Shown here piece by piece: positions 11,916 through 21,507 of a stretch of DNA of 32,000 nt (position 1 is its first letter; every line of letters begins with the position of its first letter). Both the position numbers and the translations under genes were made by a program. The DNA comes from Alkalilimnicola ehrlichii MLHE-1 (GTDB lineage: Bacteria > Pseudomonadota > Gammaproteobacteria > Nitrococcales > Halorhodospiraceae), in the NCBI RefSeq assembly GCF_000014785.1, contig NC_008340.1, positions 2,520,001-2,552,000 of the forward strand. The letters are read 5' to 3'. The notes beneath the pieces are model-generated. The model was not told the origin of the DNA. It made no database searches and worked only from the letters and a program-made list of their open reading frames with translations.

Positions 11916-12637
11916 GCCGCCTGGAGGCCAAATCGCTGGTCAAGCGCTATCGCGGCCGCACCGTGGTCGAGGAGGCCTCACTCACCGTGGATGCCGGTGA
12001 GATCGTCGGCCTGCTGGGGCCCAACGGCGCCGGCAAGACCACCTGCTTCTACATGGTGGTGGGCCTGGTGCGGGCCGATGGCGGTCAGATCCTGCTCAAC
12101 GGCGAGGACATCACTGCCCTGCCGATGCACGCCCGCGCCCGCAAGGGCATCGGCTACCTGCCCCAGGAGGCCTCGGTCTTTCGCAAGATGACCGTGGCCC
12201 AGAACATCATGGCCATCCTGGAGACCCGACCGGACCTGGACCGTCGGGCCCGAAGGGAGCAGCTACAACAACTCCTGGACGAATTCCATGTGCCGCACCT
12301 GGCAGACCAGTCCGGCATCAGCCTCTCCGGCGGCGAGCGCCGGCGGGTGGAGATCGCCCGGGCCCTGGCCGCCAACCCGCAGTTTATCCTGCTCGACGAG
12401 CCCTTCGCCGGCGTCGACCCCATCTCGGTGGTCGATATTCAGCACATCATCCGGCAGCTCACCGAGCGCGGCATCGGTGTACTGATCACCGATCACAACG
12501 TCCGTGAGACCCTGGGCATCGTGGAACGGGCCTACATCCTCAGCCAGGGCCGGGTCATCGCCCGCGGCAGCGCGGAGGAGGTCCTCGCCAACCAGGCGGT
12601 GCGCGAGGTCTACCTGGGCGAGCATTTTCGGCTATAG
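11912..12637 (+). CDS. lptB: LPS export ABC transporter ATPase LptB
   Basis: Walker [10 protein letters not shown], signature [15 protein letters not shown], Walker [10 protein letters not shown]. Confidence 0.95.
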   Translation: MSRLEAKSLVKRYRGRTVVEEASLTVDAGEIVGLLGPNGAGKTTCFYMVVGLVRADGGQILLNGEDITALPMHARARKGIGYLPQEASVFRKMTVAQNIMAILETRPDLDRRARREQLQQLLDEFHVPHLADQSGISLSGGERRRVEIARALAANPQFILLDEPFAGVDPISVVDIQHIIRQLTERGIGVLITDHNVRETLGIVERAYILSQGRVIARGSAEEVLANQAVREVYLGEHFRL

Positions 12638-12789
12638 GCGCCATTCCGCTGTAAACTAGGGGCATCCAGACCCGCGTGACGGGTCGCTTCCGACGCCATC
12701 GGGCGGCGACGATTAAAGAGATCCATGACAAGACATCGCATTCACACTTCAAAAGAACCGGATGGGGGGCACCCCCTTTGGCAACGGTC

Positions 12790-14295
12790 ATGAAACAATC
12801 GCTGCAACTTCGACTCGGGCAGCAACTCACTATGACGCCACAGCTGCAACAGGCCATCCGCCTGCTGCAGCTCTCCACCCTGGATCTGCAGATGGAGATC
12901 CAGCAGCAGCTCGAGTCCAACGTCATGCTGGAACTCGCCGAAGAGGACCAGCAGGAGACCGAACAGCGCACCGAAGAGGGCGAGACCCAGGACACGGAGG
13001 GCGAGCGCGGGGACGAGGCCAGCACCGAGGAGGCCACCGAGGCCGGGACCGCGGGCGAGGAGACCGCCGCCCAGGAGCAGGCCGACATCCCCGAGGACCT
13101 GCCGCTGGACTCCAATTGGGATGACATCTACGACGGCAGCACCCCCTGGAGCCAGCCGGACAGCGAGGACGAGGACCGCGACCCCTACGCCAACCGCTCC
13201 GGTGGCGGTGAAACCCTGCACGACCACCTGACCTGGCAGGCGGAGCTCACCCCCTTCACCGATCGGGACGCGGCCATCGCACAGGTCATCATCGACTCCG
13301 TGCGCGACGACGGCTACCTGGGCGCCGGCATCGAGGAGTTGATCTCCGCCCTGCCGGCGGAGTGGGCCGTGGAGCCCGATGAGGTCGAGGCGGTGCTCCG
13401 GCGCATCCAGCACTTCGACCCGGTGGGCGTGGCCGCCCGCGATCCGCGTGAGGCGCTGCTCATCCAGCTCGAGCAGCTGCCGCCGGACACCCCACTGCTG
13501 CCCGAGGCCCGGCGCCTGGTGGATCTGCACCTGGACATGCTGGTACAGCGCCAGTACGCCCAACTCTGTCGGCGCATGAAGCTCAATCAGGACCAGCTTC
13601 GCGAGGTCCTGGGCCTGATCCAGACCCTCGATCCGCGGCCGGGCTCGCAAATCGGTGGCGACGAGACCCAGTACGTGGTCCCCGACGTGGTGGTCCGGCG
13701 CAGCGACGGCCGCTGGCAGGTGGAGCTCAATCCCGCGACCGCCCCCCGGCTGCGGGTCAACAGCTATTACGCCAGCCTGATCAAACGCGCCGACAACAGC
13801 AGCGACAACACCACCCTGCGCAACCACCTGCAGGAGGCGCGCTGGTTCATCAAGAGCCTGCTTAGCCGCAACGACACCCTGCTCAAGGTCGCCCGCTGCA
13901 TCGTCGAGCGCCAGCAGGGCTACTTCGACCACGGCGAAGAGGCCATGCAGCCGTTGGTCCTGCGCGAGGTGGCCGAGGCGGTGGACATGCACGAGTCCAC
14001 CATCTCCCGGATCACCACCCGCAAGTACATGCACACCCCGCGGGGCACCCTGGAGTTCAAGTACTTCTTCTCCAGCCATGTGCAGACGGTGGACGGCGGC
14101 GAGTGCTCCGCCACCGCCATCCGTGCCCGCATCCGGCGTCTGATCGCCGATGAGAACCCCACCAAACCACTCAGTGACAGTCGTATTGCCAATATCCTCC
14201 AGGAGGAGGGCATAAACGTGGCAAGACGGACCGTAGCCAAGTATCGTGAGGCTATGGCCATCGCGTCCTCGTCAGAGCGCAAGCGACTGGCCTGA
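12790..14295 (+). CDS. rpoN: RNA polymerase sigma-54 factor
   Basis: The ATG at 12790 gives [29 protein letters not shown] (region I). This is followed by an acidic region II and a C-terminal RpoN box, [10 protein letters not shown]. Confidence 0.96.
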   Translation: MKQSLQLRLGQQLTMTPQLQQAIRLLQLSTLDLQMEIQQQLESNVMLELAEEDQQETEQRTEEGETQDTEGERGDEASTEEATEAGTAGEETAAQEQADIPEDLPLDSNWDDIYDGSTPWSQPDSEDEDRDPYANRSGGGETLHDHLTWQAELTPFTDRDAAIAQVIIDSVRDDGYLGAGIEELISALPAEWAVEPDEVEAVLRRIQHFDPVGVAARDPREALLIQLEQLPPDTPLLPEARRLVDLHLDMLVQRQYAQLCRRMKLNQDQLREVLGLIQTLDPRPGSQIGGDETQYVVPDVVVRRSDGRWQVELNPATAPRLRVNSYYASLIKRADNSSDNTTLRNHLQEARWFIKSLLSRNDTLLKVARCIVERQQGYFDHGEEAMQPLVLREVAEAVDMHESTISRITTRKYMHTPRGTLEFKYFFSSHVQTVDGGECSATAIRARIRRLIADENPTKPLSDSRIANILQEEGINVARRTVAKYREAMAIASSSERKRLA

Positions 14296-14319
14296 ATCGC
14301 AACGTTGAAAGGAGGCGGC

Positions 14320-14661
14320 ATGCAAATACAGATCACCGGTCACCACGTGGATGTCACGGATGCCCTGAAGGCCTATGTACGGGAGAAATTCCAGCGCCTG
14401 GAGCGCCATTTCGATAACGTGGTGGACAGCCACGTGATCCTCTCGGTGGAAAAACTCCGGCAGAAGGCCGAGGCCAATCTGCTGATCAGCGGCAACCGGC
14501 TGCACGCGGAGACCACCGACGAAGACATGTACGCCGCCATCGACGGCATGATCGACAAGCTTGACCGCCAATTGGTCAAGCACAAGGAGAAGGTCACCGA
14601 CCACCACCGCCGCGAGGGGGCTGCTCAGAAGGCGGGAGCGGGCGCAGGGGCCGCGGAGTAG
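14320..14661 (+). CDS. hpf: ribosome hibernation promoting factor (short HPF/YhbH type)
   Basis: ATG at 14320 preceded by AAAGGAGG. Sequence MQIQITGHHVDVTDALKAYV... Located directly downstream of rpoN. Confidence 0.9.
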   Translation: MQIQITGHHVDVTDALKAYVREKFQRLERHFDNVVDSHVILSVEKLRQKAEANLLISGNRLHAETTDEDMYAAIDGMIDKLDRQLVKHKEKVTDHHRREGAAQKAGAGAGAAE

Positions 14662-14721
14662 ACACTCAACCATCGGCCGGTGACCGCCGTCGCGGTCACC
14701 GGCCCCGGGCTGAACGACACC

Positions 14722-15192
14722 ATGAAAATCGCCGAACTCATCACTCCGGACCGCATCCGTTGCGACGCCGAGGTCAGCAGCAAGAAGCGCGTGCTGGAAC
14801 AACTCAGCGACCTGCTGACTGCGGATGACACCACACTGGCCTCCACCCAGGTCTTCGACCGGCTGGTGGCGCGGGAACGGCTGGGCAGCACCGGCCTGGG
14901 CCACGGCGTTGCCCTGCCCCACGCCCGCATGGAGGGCATCGAGCAGGCGCGGGGTGCCATGATCCGCCTCGACCAGGGGGTGGACTTCGACGCCTTCGAC
15001 CGGGAGCCGGTGGATCTGCTGTTTGCGCTGGTGGTCCCCGAGCACTTCACCGACGAGCATCTGCAGATCCTCGCCGACCTGGCGGAGATGTTCAGCGACA
15101 GCGGCCTGTGCGAACAGCTTCGCGCCACCACAGACCCCACACGCCTGCACCGGCTGCTATCGGAGTGGCAGGGCAGCGAAACGGCCGGCTAA
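14722..15192 (+). CDS. ptsN: PTS-Ntr enzyme IIA (nitrogen regulatory protein)
   Basis: ATG at 14722. Contains the phosphorylation-site region GLGHGVALPHAR. Confidence 0.9.
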   Translation: MKIAELITPDRIRCDAEVSSKKRVLEQLSDLLTADDTTLASTQVFDRLVARERLGSTGLGHGVALPHARMEGIEQARGAMIRLDQGVDFDAFDREPVDLLFALVVPEHFTDEHLQILADLAEMFSDSGLCEQLRATTDPTRLHRLLSEWQGSETAG

Positions 15193-15237
15193 CACCGACC
15201 GCCCCGAGCGGCGGTCGGTGGGCGGAGCACCATCTTC

Positions 15238-16104
15238 ATGAAGAGCATCCGGTTGATCATCATCAGCGGCCTGTCCGGGTCGGGGAAGAGCGTGGCCCTG
15301 CACACGCTCGAGGACCAGGGCTGGTACTGCATCGACAACCTGCCCATTGGGTTGCTCAGCGCCTTCGCCCGACACGTCAATGACACCTGCCCCGCCGGCG
15401 GCGGCCGCTACGCCGTGGGTATCGACGCCCGCAACCGCCCGGAGGACCTGGACCGCATCCCGGCGATCCTGGACGAGCTGCAGGCACTGGGCCTGAACAG
15501 CGAGGTGCTCTTTCTATTTGCCAGCCGCGAGACCCTGATCACCCGGTTCAGTGAGACCCGCCGGCGCCACCCGCTCAGCGACGGTGACGCCGCGCTGGCC
15601 GACGCCATCGCCCGCGAGGAGGCTCTGCTGGCACCACTGCGGGCGCGCGCCGACCTCACCCTGGATACCAGCAACACCAACGTGCACCAGCTTCGCGACC
15701 TGGTCCGCGAGCGGATCGAGCACGACCCCGGGCGGCTGTCGCTGCTGTTCCAGTCGTTCGGCTACAAGCACGGCATCCCGCCGGATGCCGACTACGTCTT
15801 TGACGCCCGCTGCCTGCCCAACCCCCACTGGGAGCCGCGGCTGCGGCCGCTGACCGGACTGGACGCCCCGGTCCAGCACTACCTGGAGGCTCAGCCCGAG
15901 GTGGCGGAGCTGACCGGGCAGATCGAGGCGCTGATCGCCACCTGGCTGCCCGCCTTCCGGAAGGCGGCGCGCAGTTACGTCACCGTGGCCATCGGCTGTA
16001 CCGGGGGGCAGCACCGCTCGGTCTACCTGGCCGAGCAACTGGCCGGGCGCTTTGCAACCGGCATGGATGCCATCAGCGTACGTCACAGGGAGCTCAACCG
16101 TTGA
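15238..16104 (+). CDS. rapZ: RNase adaptor / nucleotide-binding protein RapZ (YhbJ)
   Basis: 288-aa ORF with Walker A SGLSGSGKS and a conserved C-terminal GCTGGQHRSV. Confidence 0.93.
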   Translation: MKSIRLIIISGLSGSGKSVALHTLEDQGWYCIDNLPIGLLSAFARHVNDTCPAGGGRYAVGIDARNRPEDLDRIPAILDELQALGLNSEVLFLFASRETLITRFSETRRRHPLSDGDAALADAIAREEALLAPLRARADLTLDTSNTNVHQLRDLVRERIEHDPGRLSLLFQSFGYKHGIPPDADYVFDARCLPNPHWEPRLRPLTGLDAPVQHYLEAQPEVAELTGQIEALIATWLPAFRKAARSYVTVAIGCTGGQHRSVYLAEQLAGRFATGMDAISVRHRELNR

Positions 16105-16151
16105 ATTGCCAATCCGAGGAACACCCGCAACCCAACCAAGGACCCACCGCC

Positions 16152-16460
16152 GTGGCCAGCCAGGCAATGGACATCGTGAACACACTCGGGCTGCATGCCC
16201 GTGCCGCCGGCAAATTTTCCGCCCTGGCCGCAGAGTTCCCGTGCCAAATCCGGGTCACCCGCGGTCAACGCACGGTGGATGGCAAAAGCGTGATGGGGCT
16301 GATGATGCTGGCCGCCGGCTGCGGCAGCCAGATCCTGGTGGAGGCCGAGGGGGACCAGGCCGAGGAGGCGCTGGCCGCCCTCAGCCGCCTGGTGGCCAAT
16401 GGCTTCGACGAAGGCCCCGGTGCGCCGAGCCCCCACCCGGGCGATAAAGGCGACGACTAG
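16152..16460 (+). CDS. ptsO: HPr-like phosphocarrier protein NPr; start uncertain (GTG 16152 versus TTG 16101)
   Basis: Contains the motif NTLGLHARAAGKF. A GTG start at 16152 places the phospho-His at position 15, as in HPr. The ORF-track start is a TTG overlapping the rapZ stop. Confidence 0.8.
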   Translation: MASQAMDIVNTLGLHARAAGKFSALAAEFPCQIRVTRGQRTVDGKSVMGLMMLAAGCGSQILVEAEGDQAEEALAALSRLVANGFDEGPGAPSPHPGDKGDD

Positions 16461-16559
16461 TCCACAACACCGCGCCCGACAGCCATAATAGAGGGAGGCG
16501 GGCACTGCCCCATACGGGACCGCCGACACGAGAGTCCATCAGCAGATTCGGGGAACGTT

Positions 16560-16928
16560 ATGCAATTGAAGGAGTTGGTCGAAAGCTGGGAAGAGACGGC
16601 CGGCGAGCGCCGCACCCCCCACGAGTACGCGGTGCGCCTGCCCCTGGCTGACGCCGCCAAGCTGGCGGCACTGGCGGAGATGTATCCGGGGCGCTCCGAG
16701 GAGGACCTGATCACCGACCTGCTCAGCGCGGCGCTGGATGAACTTGAGGCCACCTTCCCGTACGTCCAGGGCCAGCGGGTGATCGCCGAGGACGAACAGG
16801 GCGACCCCATCTACGAGGATGCCGGGCTCACGCCGCGCTTCAAGGCACTGACACGGCGCAAGCTGCAGGCGCTGCGCGCCAGCGTCGAGGCGGACGAGGC
16901 CCCCGCCCCCAGTCGGGAAACCGGCTGA
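16560..16928 (+). CDS. hypothetical acidic 122-aa protein, possibly with a ribbon-helix-helix-like N-terminal half
   Basis: ATG with a GGGGA SD 5 nt upstream. The codon usage looks like that of its neighbours. No family recognised. The segment YAVRLPLADAAKLAALAEMYPGRSEEDLITDLLSAALDEL has a strand-helix-helix pattern. Confidence 0.55.
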   Translation: MQLKELVESWEETAGERRTPHEYAVRLPLADAAKLAALAEMYPGRSEEDLITDLLSAALDELEATFPYVQGQRVIAEDEQGDPIYEDAGLTPRFKALTRRKLQALRASVEADEAPAPSRETG

Positions 16929-16971
16929 GGGCGCCAGGCGCCGGCTGCGGGCGCCCCAGGCGGTGGCGCTC

Positions 16972-18120
16972 TCAGCCTCCGGCGCCCGCTTGCAGCCGCT
17001 CACGGGCGCTCAGGGCCCGCCGCGCCGCGTCATCGCGGTCCTCACCGAAGGCAGTGACGTGGCCCATCTTCCGCCCCGGCTTGGCCTCGGCCTTGCCGTA
17101 GAGGTGGAGCTTGACCTCCGGGTCCTTGAGCGCCGCGGCCCAATCCGGCTCGCCATCGCCCCAGAGATCCCCCAGCAAGTTCACCATGGCCGCCGGCCGC
17201 AGCAATCGGCTGTCCCCCAAGGGCAGCCCGCAAAGGGCGCGCACCTGCTGCTCAAACTGGCTGGTCATCGCCGCATCGAAGGTCAGGTGGCCGGAGTTAT
17301 GGGGGCGCGGGGCCAGCTCATTGACCAGCAGCCGTCCGTCACTGGCGACAAAAAACTCCACGCAGAGCACCCCGACCACATCCAGCGCCTCGAGGATGCC
17401 GCGGGTGACATCCTCCGCCTGCTCACGAAGCTGCGGCCCCAGCGGGGCCTCCGGCAGGGTGAGATCGAGGATGTGATCACGGTGGCGGTTCTCCAGCACG
17501 CCGTAGTGGGTGAAGCTGCCGTCCAAGCCGCGGGCGGCCACCATCGAGACCTCCATGTGGAAATCCACGAAGGCCTCCAGCACCGCCGCCTGCCCCCCGA
17601 TCGCCGCCCACGCCCAGGCGGCCTCGGAAGGCTCCCGAATCAACGCTTGGCCTTTGCCGTCATAGCCAAAGCCGGCGGTCTTCAGCACCGCGGGCGTGCC
17701 CACCCGTTCGAGGGCGGCAGCCAGTTCCTCCTCCCGCTCCACGGTGGCAAAGGCCCCCACCGGAAAGCCCTGCTCGCTCAGCCAAGTCTTTTCCCGCCAA
17801 CGGTTCTGGGCCACGTGCAGCACCGTATGGTGGGGGCGGACCGGGACGTACCCGGCCAGCAGATCACCGGCCTCGGCCGGCACATTCTCGAACTCAAAGG
17901 TGACCCCATCCACCCGGCGGGCAAAGTCACGCAGGGCCTGCTCATCGCGGTAGTCGGCGGTCACCTCGATGTCGCAGACCTGTCCGGCGGGACTGTCCCG
18001 GCCCGGGCCGAAGCACGCCACCCGATAGCCCATGCGACGCGCGGCCAGGGCGAACATCCGGCCCAACTGGCCGTTGCCCAGCACCCCCAGGGTGGCCCCC
18101 GGCAACAGTATCTTGCTCAT
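16972..18120 (-). CDS. purK: N5-carboxyaminoimidazole ribonucleotide synthase
   Basis: 382-aa ATP-grasp ORF ([12 protein letters not shown]...). Its start overlaps the purE stop by 4 bp. Confidence 0.93.
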   Translation of the reverse strand: MSKILLPGATLGVLGNGQLGRMFALAARRMGYRVACFGPGRDSPAGQVCDIEVTADYRDEQALRDFARRVDGVTFEFENVPAEAGDLLAGYVPVRPHHTVLHVAQNRWREKTWLSEQGFPVGAFATVEREEELAAALERVGTPAVLKTAGFGYDGKGQALIREPSEAAWAWAAIGGQAAVLEAFVDFHMEVSMVAARGLDGSFTHYGVLENRHRDHILDLTLPEAPLGPQLREQAEDVTRGILEALDVVGVLCVEFFVASDGRLLVNELAPRPHNSGHLTFDAAMTSQFEQQVRALCGLPLGDSRLLRPAAMVNLLGDLWGDGEPDWAAALKDPEVKLHLYGKAEAKPGRKMGHVTAFGEDRDDAARRALSARERLQAGAGG

Positions 18121-18611
18121 TGCGGCAGCTCGTCCTCCAGAACCTTTTGTGCCTGGCGCTCGCGGAAGGCACGCAACCGCTCGCGCAGGCCGGCATCCTC
18201 GTTGGCCAGGATACTGCAGGCCAGCAGGCCGGCATTGCGTGCCCCGGCGCTGCCGATGGCCAGAGTAGCCACTGGCACGCCGCCCGGCATCTGCACAATG
18301 GAGAGCAGCGAGTCCAACCCCTTCAGCGCGCGGCTCTGTACCGGCACGCCCAGCACCGGCACGGTGGTCATGGCCGCCACCATGCCCGGCAGGTGGGCGG
18401 CGCCGCCGGCACCGGCGATAATCGCCTTCAGGCCACGCTCCTCGGCCTGGTGCGCATAGTCACGCATCAACTCCGGGGTGCGGTGCGCGGACACAATCCG
18501 GGCCTCATAAGGCACCTGGAAGTCGTCCAGAACCTGGCAGGCCTCCGACATGGTCTCCCAGTCCGAGCGACTGCCCATGATGACGCCCACCAACGGCTGC
18601 GACTCGCTCAT
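18117..18611 (-). CDS. purE: N5-carboxyaminoimidazole ribonucleotide mutase
   Basis: 164-aa ORF with [14 protein letters not shown] and [13 protein letters not shown] motifs. Confidence 0.95.
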   Translation of the reverse strand: MSESQPLVGVIMGSRSDWETMSEACQVLDDFQVPYEARIVSAHRTPELMRDYAHQAEERGLKAIIAGAGGAAHLPGMVAAMTTVPVLGVPVQSRALKGLDSLLSIVQMPGGVPVATLAIGSAGARNAGLLACSILANEDAGLRERLRAFRERQAQKVLEDELPQ

Positions 18612-18718
18612 CCTGCTTATCCCTCCGGTGAAAAACGGGGCAGTATAGCAGTTGTCAATGACGAGGACAGCTTTGTGCTAACCTGGGAGGGTACAGGGTA
18701 TTACCGCCGGAGGTGGCC

Positions 18719-18955
18719 ATGGACATCAACAACGCCTTCAACAGCGGCCTGCAGGGCGTCTACGCCGCGCAGTCCGGCCTGGAGCGCAGCGCCCTGGCCG
18801 TGGCCCGGGAGACCGCCCGGACGGCCGACGGTGCCGAGGACATCAACACCGCCCTGGTGCAATCGCTCAGCTACCAGCGCCAGGGCGAGGCCTCGGTGCG
18901 GGTGGTCCAGGCCGCCGACGAACTGCTGGGCACCCTGCTCAACGAACGCGCCTGA
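18719..18955 (+). CDS. small hypothetical protein (78 aa)
   Basis: ATG at 18719 with a GGAGG SD 5 nt upstream; the ORF-track GTG at 18713 sits inside the SD. Sequence MDINNAFNSGLQGVYAAQSGLERSALAVAR... The resemblance to flagellar rod/hook N-terminal or YjfB-like small motility proteins is weak. Confidence 0.5.
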   Translation: MDINNAFNSGLQGVYAAQSGLERSALAVARETARTADGAEDINTALVQSLSYQRQGEASVRVVQAADELLGTLLNERA

Positions 18956-18976
18956 CCCCGCTCCCGCTCCGCCCCA

Positions 18977-19073
18977 TTAGTGCCCCCGAACCGAACACGT
19001 TGGCAGGCGGCCCTTAGGGCTGTGGATCGCCGCGTCGCTTCGCTCCTCGCGATGACGGGGGTGAGGCCCCCAC
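18977..19073. repeat. degenerate A-type repeat unit; its 3' half matches the 97-bp unit of the 22.3-23.7 kb array
   Basis: TGTGGATCGCCGCGTCGCTTCGCTCCTCGCGATGACGGGGGTGAGGCCCCCAC (19021-19073) is nearly identical to the second half of the 97-bp unit. The 5' half is only loosely similar. Confidence 0.7.
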
Positions 19074-19151
19074 CGTCACTGCGAGGAGGCGAAGCCGACG
19101 TGGCAGTCTACCGCCCTGGATCGCCACGGGCCTTCGGCCCTCGCGATGACG
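19074..19151. repeat. 78-bp B-type palindromic module, copy B1
   Basis: CGTCACTGCGAGGAGGCGAAGCCGACGTGGCAGTCTACCGCCCTGGATCGCCACGGGCCTTCGGCCCTCGCGATGACG. The left and right arms are imperfect inverted repeats. Confidence 0.95.
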
Positions 19152-19241
19152 AGGGGAAAGCCTTCGGCCCTCGCGATGACGGGGAGGAAGCCTTCGGCCC
19201 TCGCGATGACGGGGAGGAAGCCTTCGGCCCTCTTGATGAAC
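19152..19241. repeat. three tandem 30-bp mini-modules (GGGAGGAAGCCTTCGGCCCTCGCGATGACG); the third is degenerate
   Basis: Unit starts at 19152, 19182 and 19212, read directly. Each reiterates the right-arm end of the B module. Confidence 0.9.
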
Positions 19242-19298
19242 TTGGCCAGACGCTGCGGGCGCCCCCTACCCTCACTGCGAACGCGGACCCACCCCCAC

Positions 19299-19376
19299 CG
19301 TCACTGCGAGGAGGCGAAGCCGACGCGGCAGTCTACCCCTCTGGATCGCCACGGGCCTTCGGCCCTCGCGATGACG
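19299..19376. repeat. 78-bp B-type palindromic module, copy B2
   Basis: Differs from copy B3 (23541-23618) at a single base (GACGCGG versus GACGTGG). Confidence 0.95.
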
Positions 19377-19529
19377 GGGAGAAAGCCTTCGGCCCTCGCG
19401 ATGACCGGGGGTGCCCCGTTCCTCGTTGATTCGCGCCCGCGCAGCGGGGAGGGGGGCTCGCGATGACGGGGGTGCCCCGTTCCTCGCTGATTCGCGCCCG
19501 CGCAGCGGGGCGGGGGGCTCACGATGACG
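19377..19529. repeat. one 30-bp mini-module (19377-19406) followed by two tandem C-type modules of about 61 bp (19407-19468, 19469-19529)
   Basis: GGGGTGCCCCGTTCCTCG(T/C)TGATTCGCGCCCGCGCAGCGGGG(A/C)GGGGGGCTC(G/A)CGATGACG occurs twice head to tail. Both copies end in the family core. Confidence 0.9.
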
Positions 19530-19548
19530 GGACGATCCGCCCCGACAG

Positions 19549-19572
19549 GGCCGGCGGCGTAAGCCGCCGGCC
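19549..19572 (-). terminator. GC-rich stem-loop just downstream of the phaC stop (10-bp stem, 4-nt loop, no U-tract)
   Basis: GGCCGGCGGC-GTAA-GCCGCCGGCC sits 12 nt past the phaC stop codon. The absence of a T-run makes its function as an intrinsic terminator uncertain. Confidence 0.35.
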
Positions 19573-19584
19573 AGCCCCGAGCGC

Positions 19585-21393
19585 TCATTTCGGGTCGTCG
19601 TGACGCTCCTTGACGTAGCTGCCGGGGGCGTCCTCGATAGGCGGGTGCTGCTCGCTGCCCAACTGCTGCGGCGCCTCGACCTTGGCACCGCCCTTATGGG
19701 CCAGCCACTTGCCCCAGTCGTTCCACCAGGACCCCTCAAAGTGCTTGGCGCTCTCCAGCCACTCGTCCTGATCCACCGTCTTCTTGGTGGAGGTCCAGTA
19801 GCCGTATTTATTCCGCGACGGCGGGTTGATGACCCCGGCGATGTGGCCGGAGCCGCCCAGCACATACTTAGTGGGCCCGGAAAGCAACTGCGGACCGCGG
19901 AGGGTGCTCTTCCAAGGGGCGATGTGGTCCTCCTTGGCCGACATGAAGTAGGCGGGCACCTTAATCTGGGACAGATCGATGGGTTCGCCGGCCAGGGTGA
20001 TGCCACCGGGCTGCTTGAGCAGGTTCTTCTGGTACATGTTGCGAAGATAGAAGCTGTGCATCTTCGCCGGCATGTTGGTGGCGTCGGAGTTCCAGTAGAG
20101 CAGGTCGAAGGGGAACGGCTCGTCACCCTTCAGGTAGTTGTTGACGAAGAACGACCAGATCAGGTCGTTGGCACGCAGCATGTTGAAGGTGGTGGCCATC
20201 TGCTGGCCCTCCAGATAGCCCTTGGCGCCCATCTTGCGCTCGAGCATCTGGATCTGCTCCTCGTCGATGAACACCTCCAGCTCCCCCGGATACTCGAAAT
20301 CGAGCATGCAGGTCAGGAAGGTGGCGGCCTTCACGCGGTCGTCGCCCTTGGCGGCCAGGTAGGCCAGGGTGCAGGCCAGCAGGGTGCCGCCCAGGCAGTA
20401 GCCCACGCAGCTCAACTCCCGGCTGCCGGTGATCTCGTTGACCGCATCCATGGCCGCCAGCGGCCCTTCAAGCATGTAGTCCTCGAAGGTCTTGTCCGCC
20501 TCCTTCTCCGTGGGGTTTTTCCACGAGATCATGAACACCTGGTGGCCCTGCTCCAGCAGCCACTTGACCATGGAGTTCTTGGGCGACAGGTCCATGATGT
20601 AGTACTTGTTGATCCAGGCCGGCGTCAGCAGCATGGGCCGCTTGTGGACCTTCTCGGTCTGCGGCTGGTACTGGATCAGCTGGATCAGGTCGTTCTGGTA
20701 GACCACCTTGCCCGGCGTGGTGGCGACGTTCTCGCCCACCTCGAAGGCGTCCAGGTCGGTCATACGGATGTTCAGCTTGCCACCGCCCCGGGACAGGTCC
20801 TCAAGCATGTTCTTGAGGCCCTTGATCAGGTTCTCACCCCGGGTTTCCAGGGTCTTCTCCAGCACCTCGGGGTTGGTCGCCACGAAGTTGGTGGGCGACA
20901 TGGCGTCGATGAAGGCGCGGGTGTAGAAATCGACCTTCTGCGCGGTGCGGTCGTCCAGGCCCTCGGTCTCCTTCACCGTGCGGTGCAGGTAGTCGGCGCT
21001 CAGCAGGTAAGACTGCTTGATAAAGTCGAACAGCGGGTTGTCCTCCCAGTGTTCGCTCTTGAACCGCCGGTCCCCCTTGGACGGGCTGACCACGGGGTCG
21101 GACTGGAACCCCCAGAAGCGCAGCGCGGAGTTCTGCATGAGAGTCGCATAGTCCTGCCAGAAGGCCATCTGCGACTGCCAGAGGCGCACCGGGTCGGCCA
21201 TCGCACGGGCGGCCCACTCCTGGAACGGCTTGCTCATGGCCAGAGCATCCTCCACCGAGATGTGGTGCTCGGTCTGCTCCTTGGCCAGGAAGTCGTTGAC
21301 CAGCTTCTGGCTGGTGGTTGCGATCTCCGACAGCGCTTCCGAGAGTTCGGACGTTTCCAGAGCGCCGGGCTCCGTGGGTTTATTGTTCGCCAT
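19585..21393 (-). CDS. phaC: class I poly(3-hydroxyalkanoate) synthase
   Basis: 602 aa from the ATG at 21393, with a GGGAGG SD upstream. Contains the lipase box GYCLGG and the conserved PHA synthase N-terminal and alpha/beta-hydrolase regions. The ORF-track N-terminal extension was rejected. Confidence 0.93.
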   Translation of the reverse strand: MANNKPTEPGALETSELSEALSEIATTSQKLVNDFLAKEQTEHHISVEDALAMSKPFQEWAARAMADPVRLWQSQMAFWQDYATLMQNSALRFWGFQSDPVVSPSKGDRRFKSEHWEDNPLFDFIKQSYLLSADYLHRTVKETEGLDDRTAQKVDFYTRAFIDAMSPTNFVATNPEVLEKTLETRGENLIKGLKNMLEDLSRGGGKLNIRMTDLDAFEVGENVATTPGKVVYQNDLIQLIQYQPQTEKVHKRPMLLTPAWINKYYIMDLSPKNSMVKWLLEQGHQVFMISWKNPTEKEADKTFEDYMLEGPLAAMDAVNEITGSRELSCVGYCLGGTLLACTLAYLAAKGDDRVKAATFLTCMLDFEYPGELEVFIDEEQIQMLERKMGAKGYLEGQQMATTFNMLRANDLIWSFFVNNYLKGDEPFPFDLLYWNSDATNMPAKMHSFYLRNMYQKNLLKQPGGITLAGEPIDLSQIKVPAYFMSAKEDHIAPWKSTLRGPQLLSGPTKYVLGGSGHIAGVINPPSRNKYGYWTSTKKTVDQDEWLESAKHFEGSWWNDWGKWLAHKGGAKVEAPQQLGSEQHPPIEDAPGSYVKERHDDPK

Positions 21394-21507
21394 GCATGCA
21401 CCTCCCAGGGCTGGGCGCCGCCGGTTTTTGGGCAGCGCTTCCAAAAGCGTTCGCGCATAGTACTGTAGTGGCCGGCGCAGCGACAAGAAACCGGGAGCCC
21501 GCTGTCA

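Noticed and set aside
12761-12779. Terminator-like G5-6/C5 hairpin plus TTT just upstream of the rpoN start
   Set aside because: The stem is only 4-5 bp with a tiny loop and a 3-nt T-run, which is too weak to call. It may just be part of the rpoN 5' UTR.
21394-21507. Regulator (PhaR-like) operator in the phaC/rsmJ divergent region (near-palindrome GCGCTTCCAAAAGCGTTCGCGC)
   Set aside because: The palindrome is imperfect. I cannot recall a defined consensus to compare it with, and no phaR gene is in the window. There is not enough evidence to call it.
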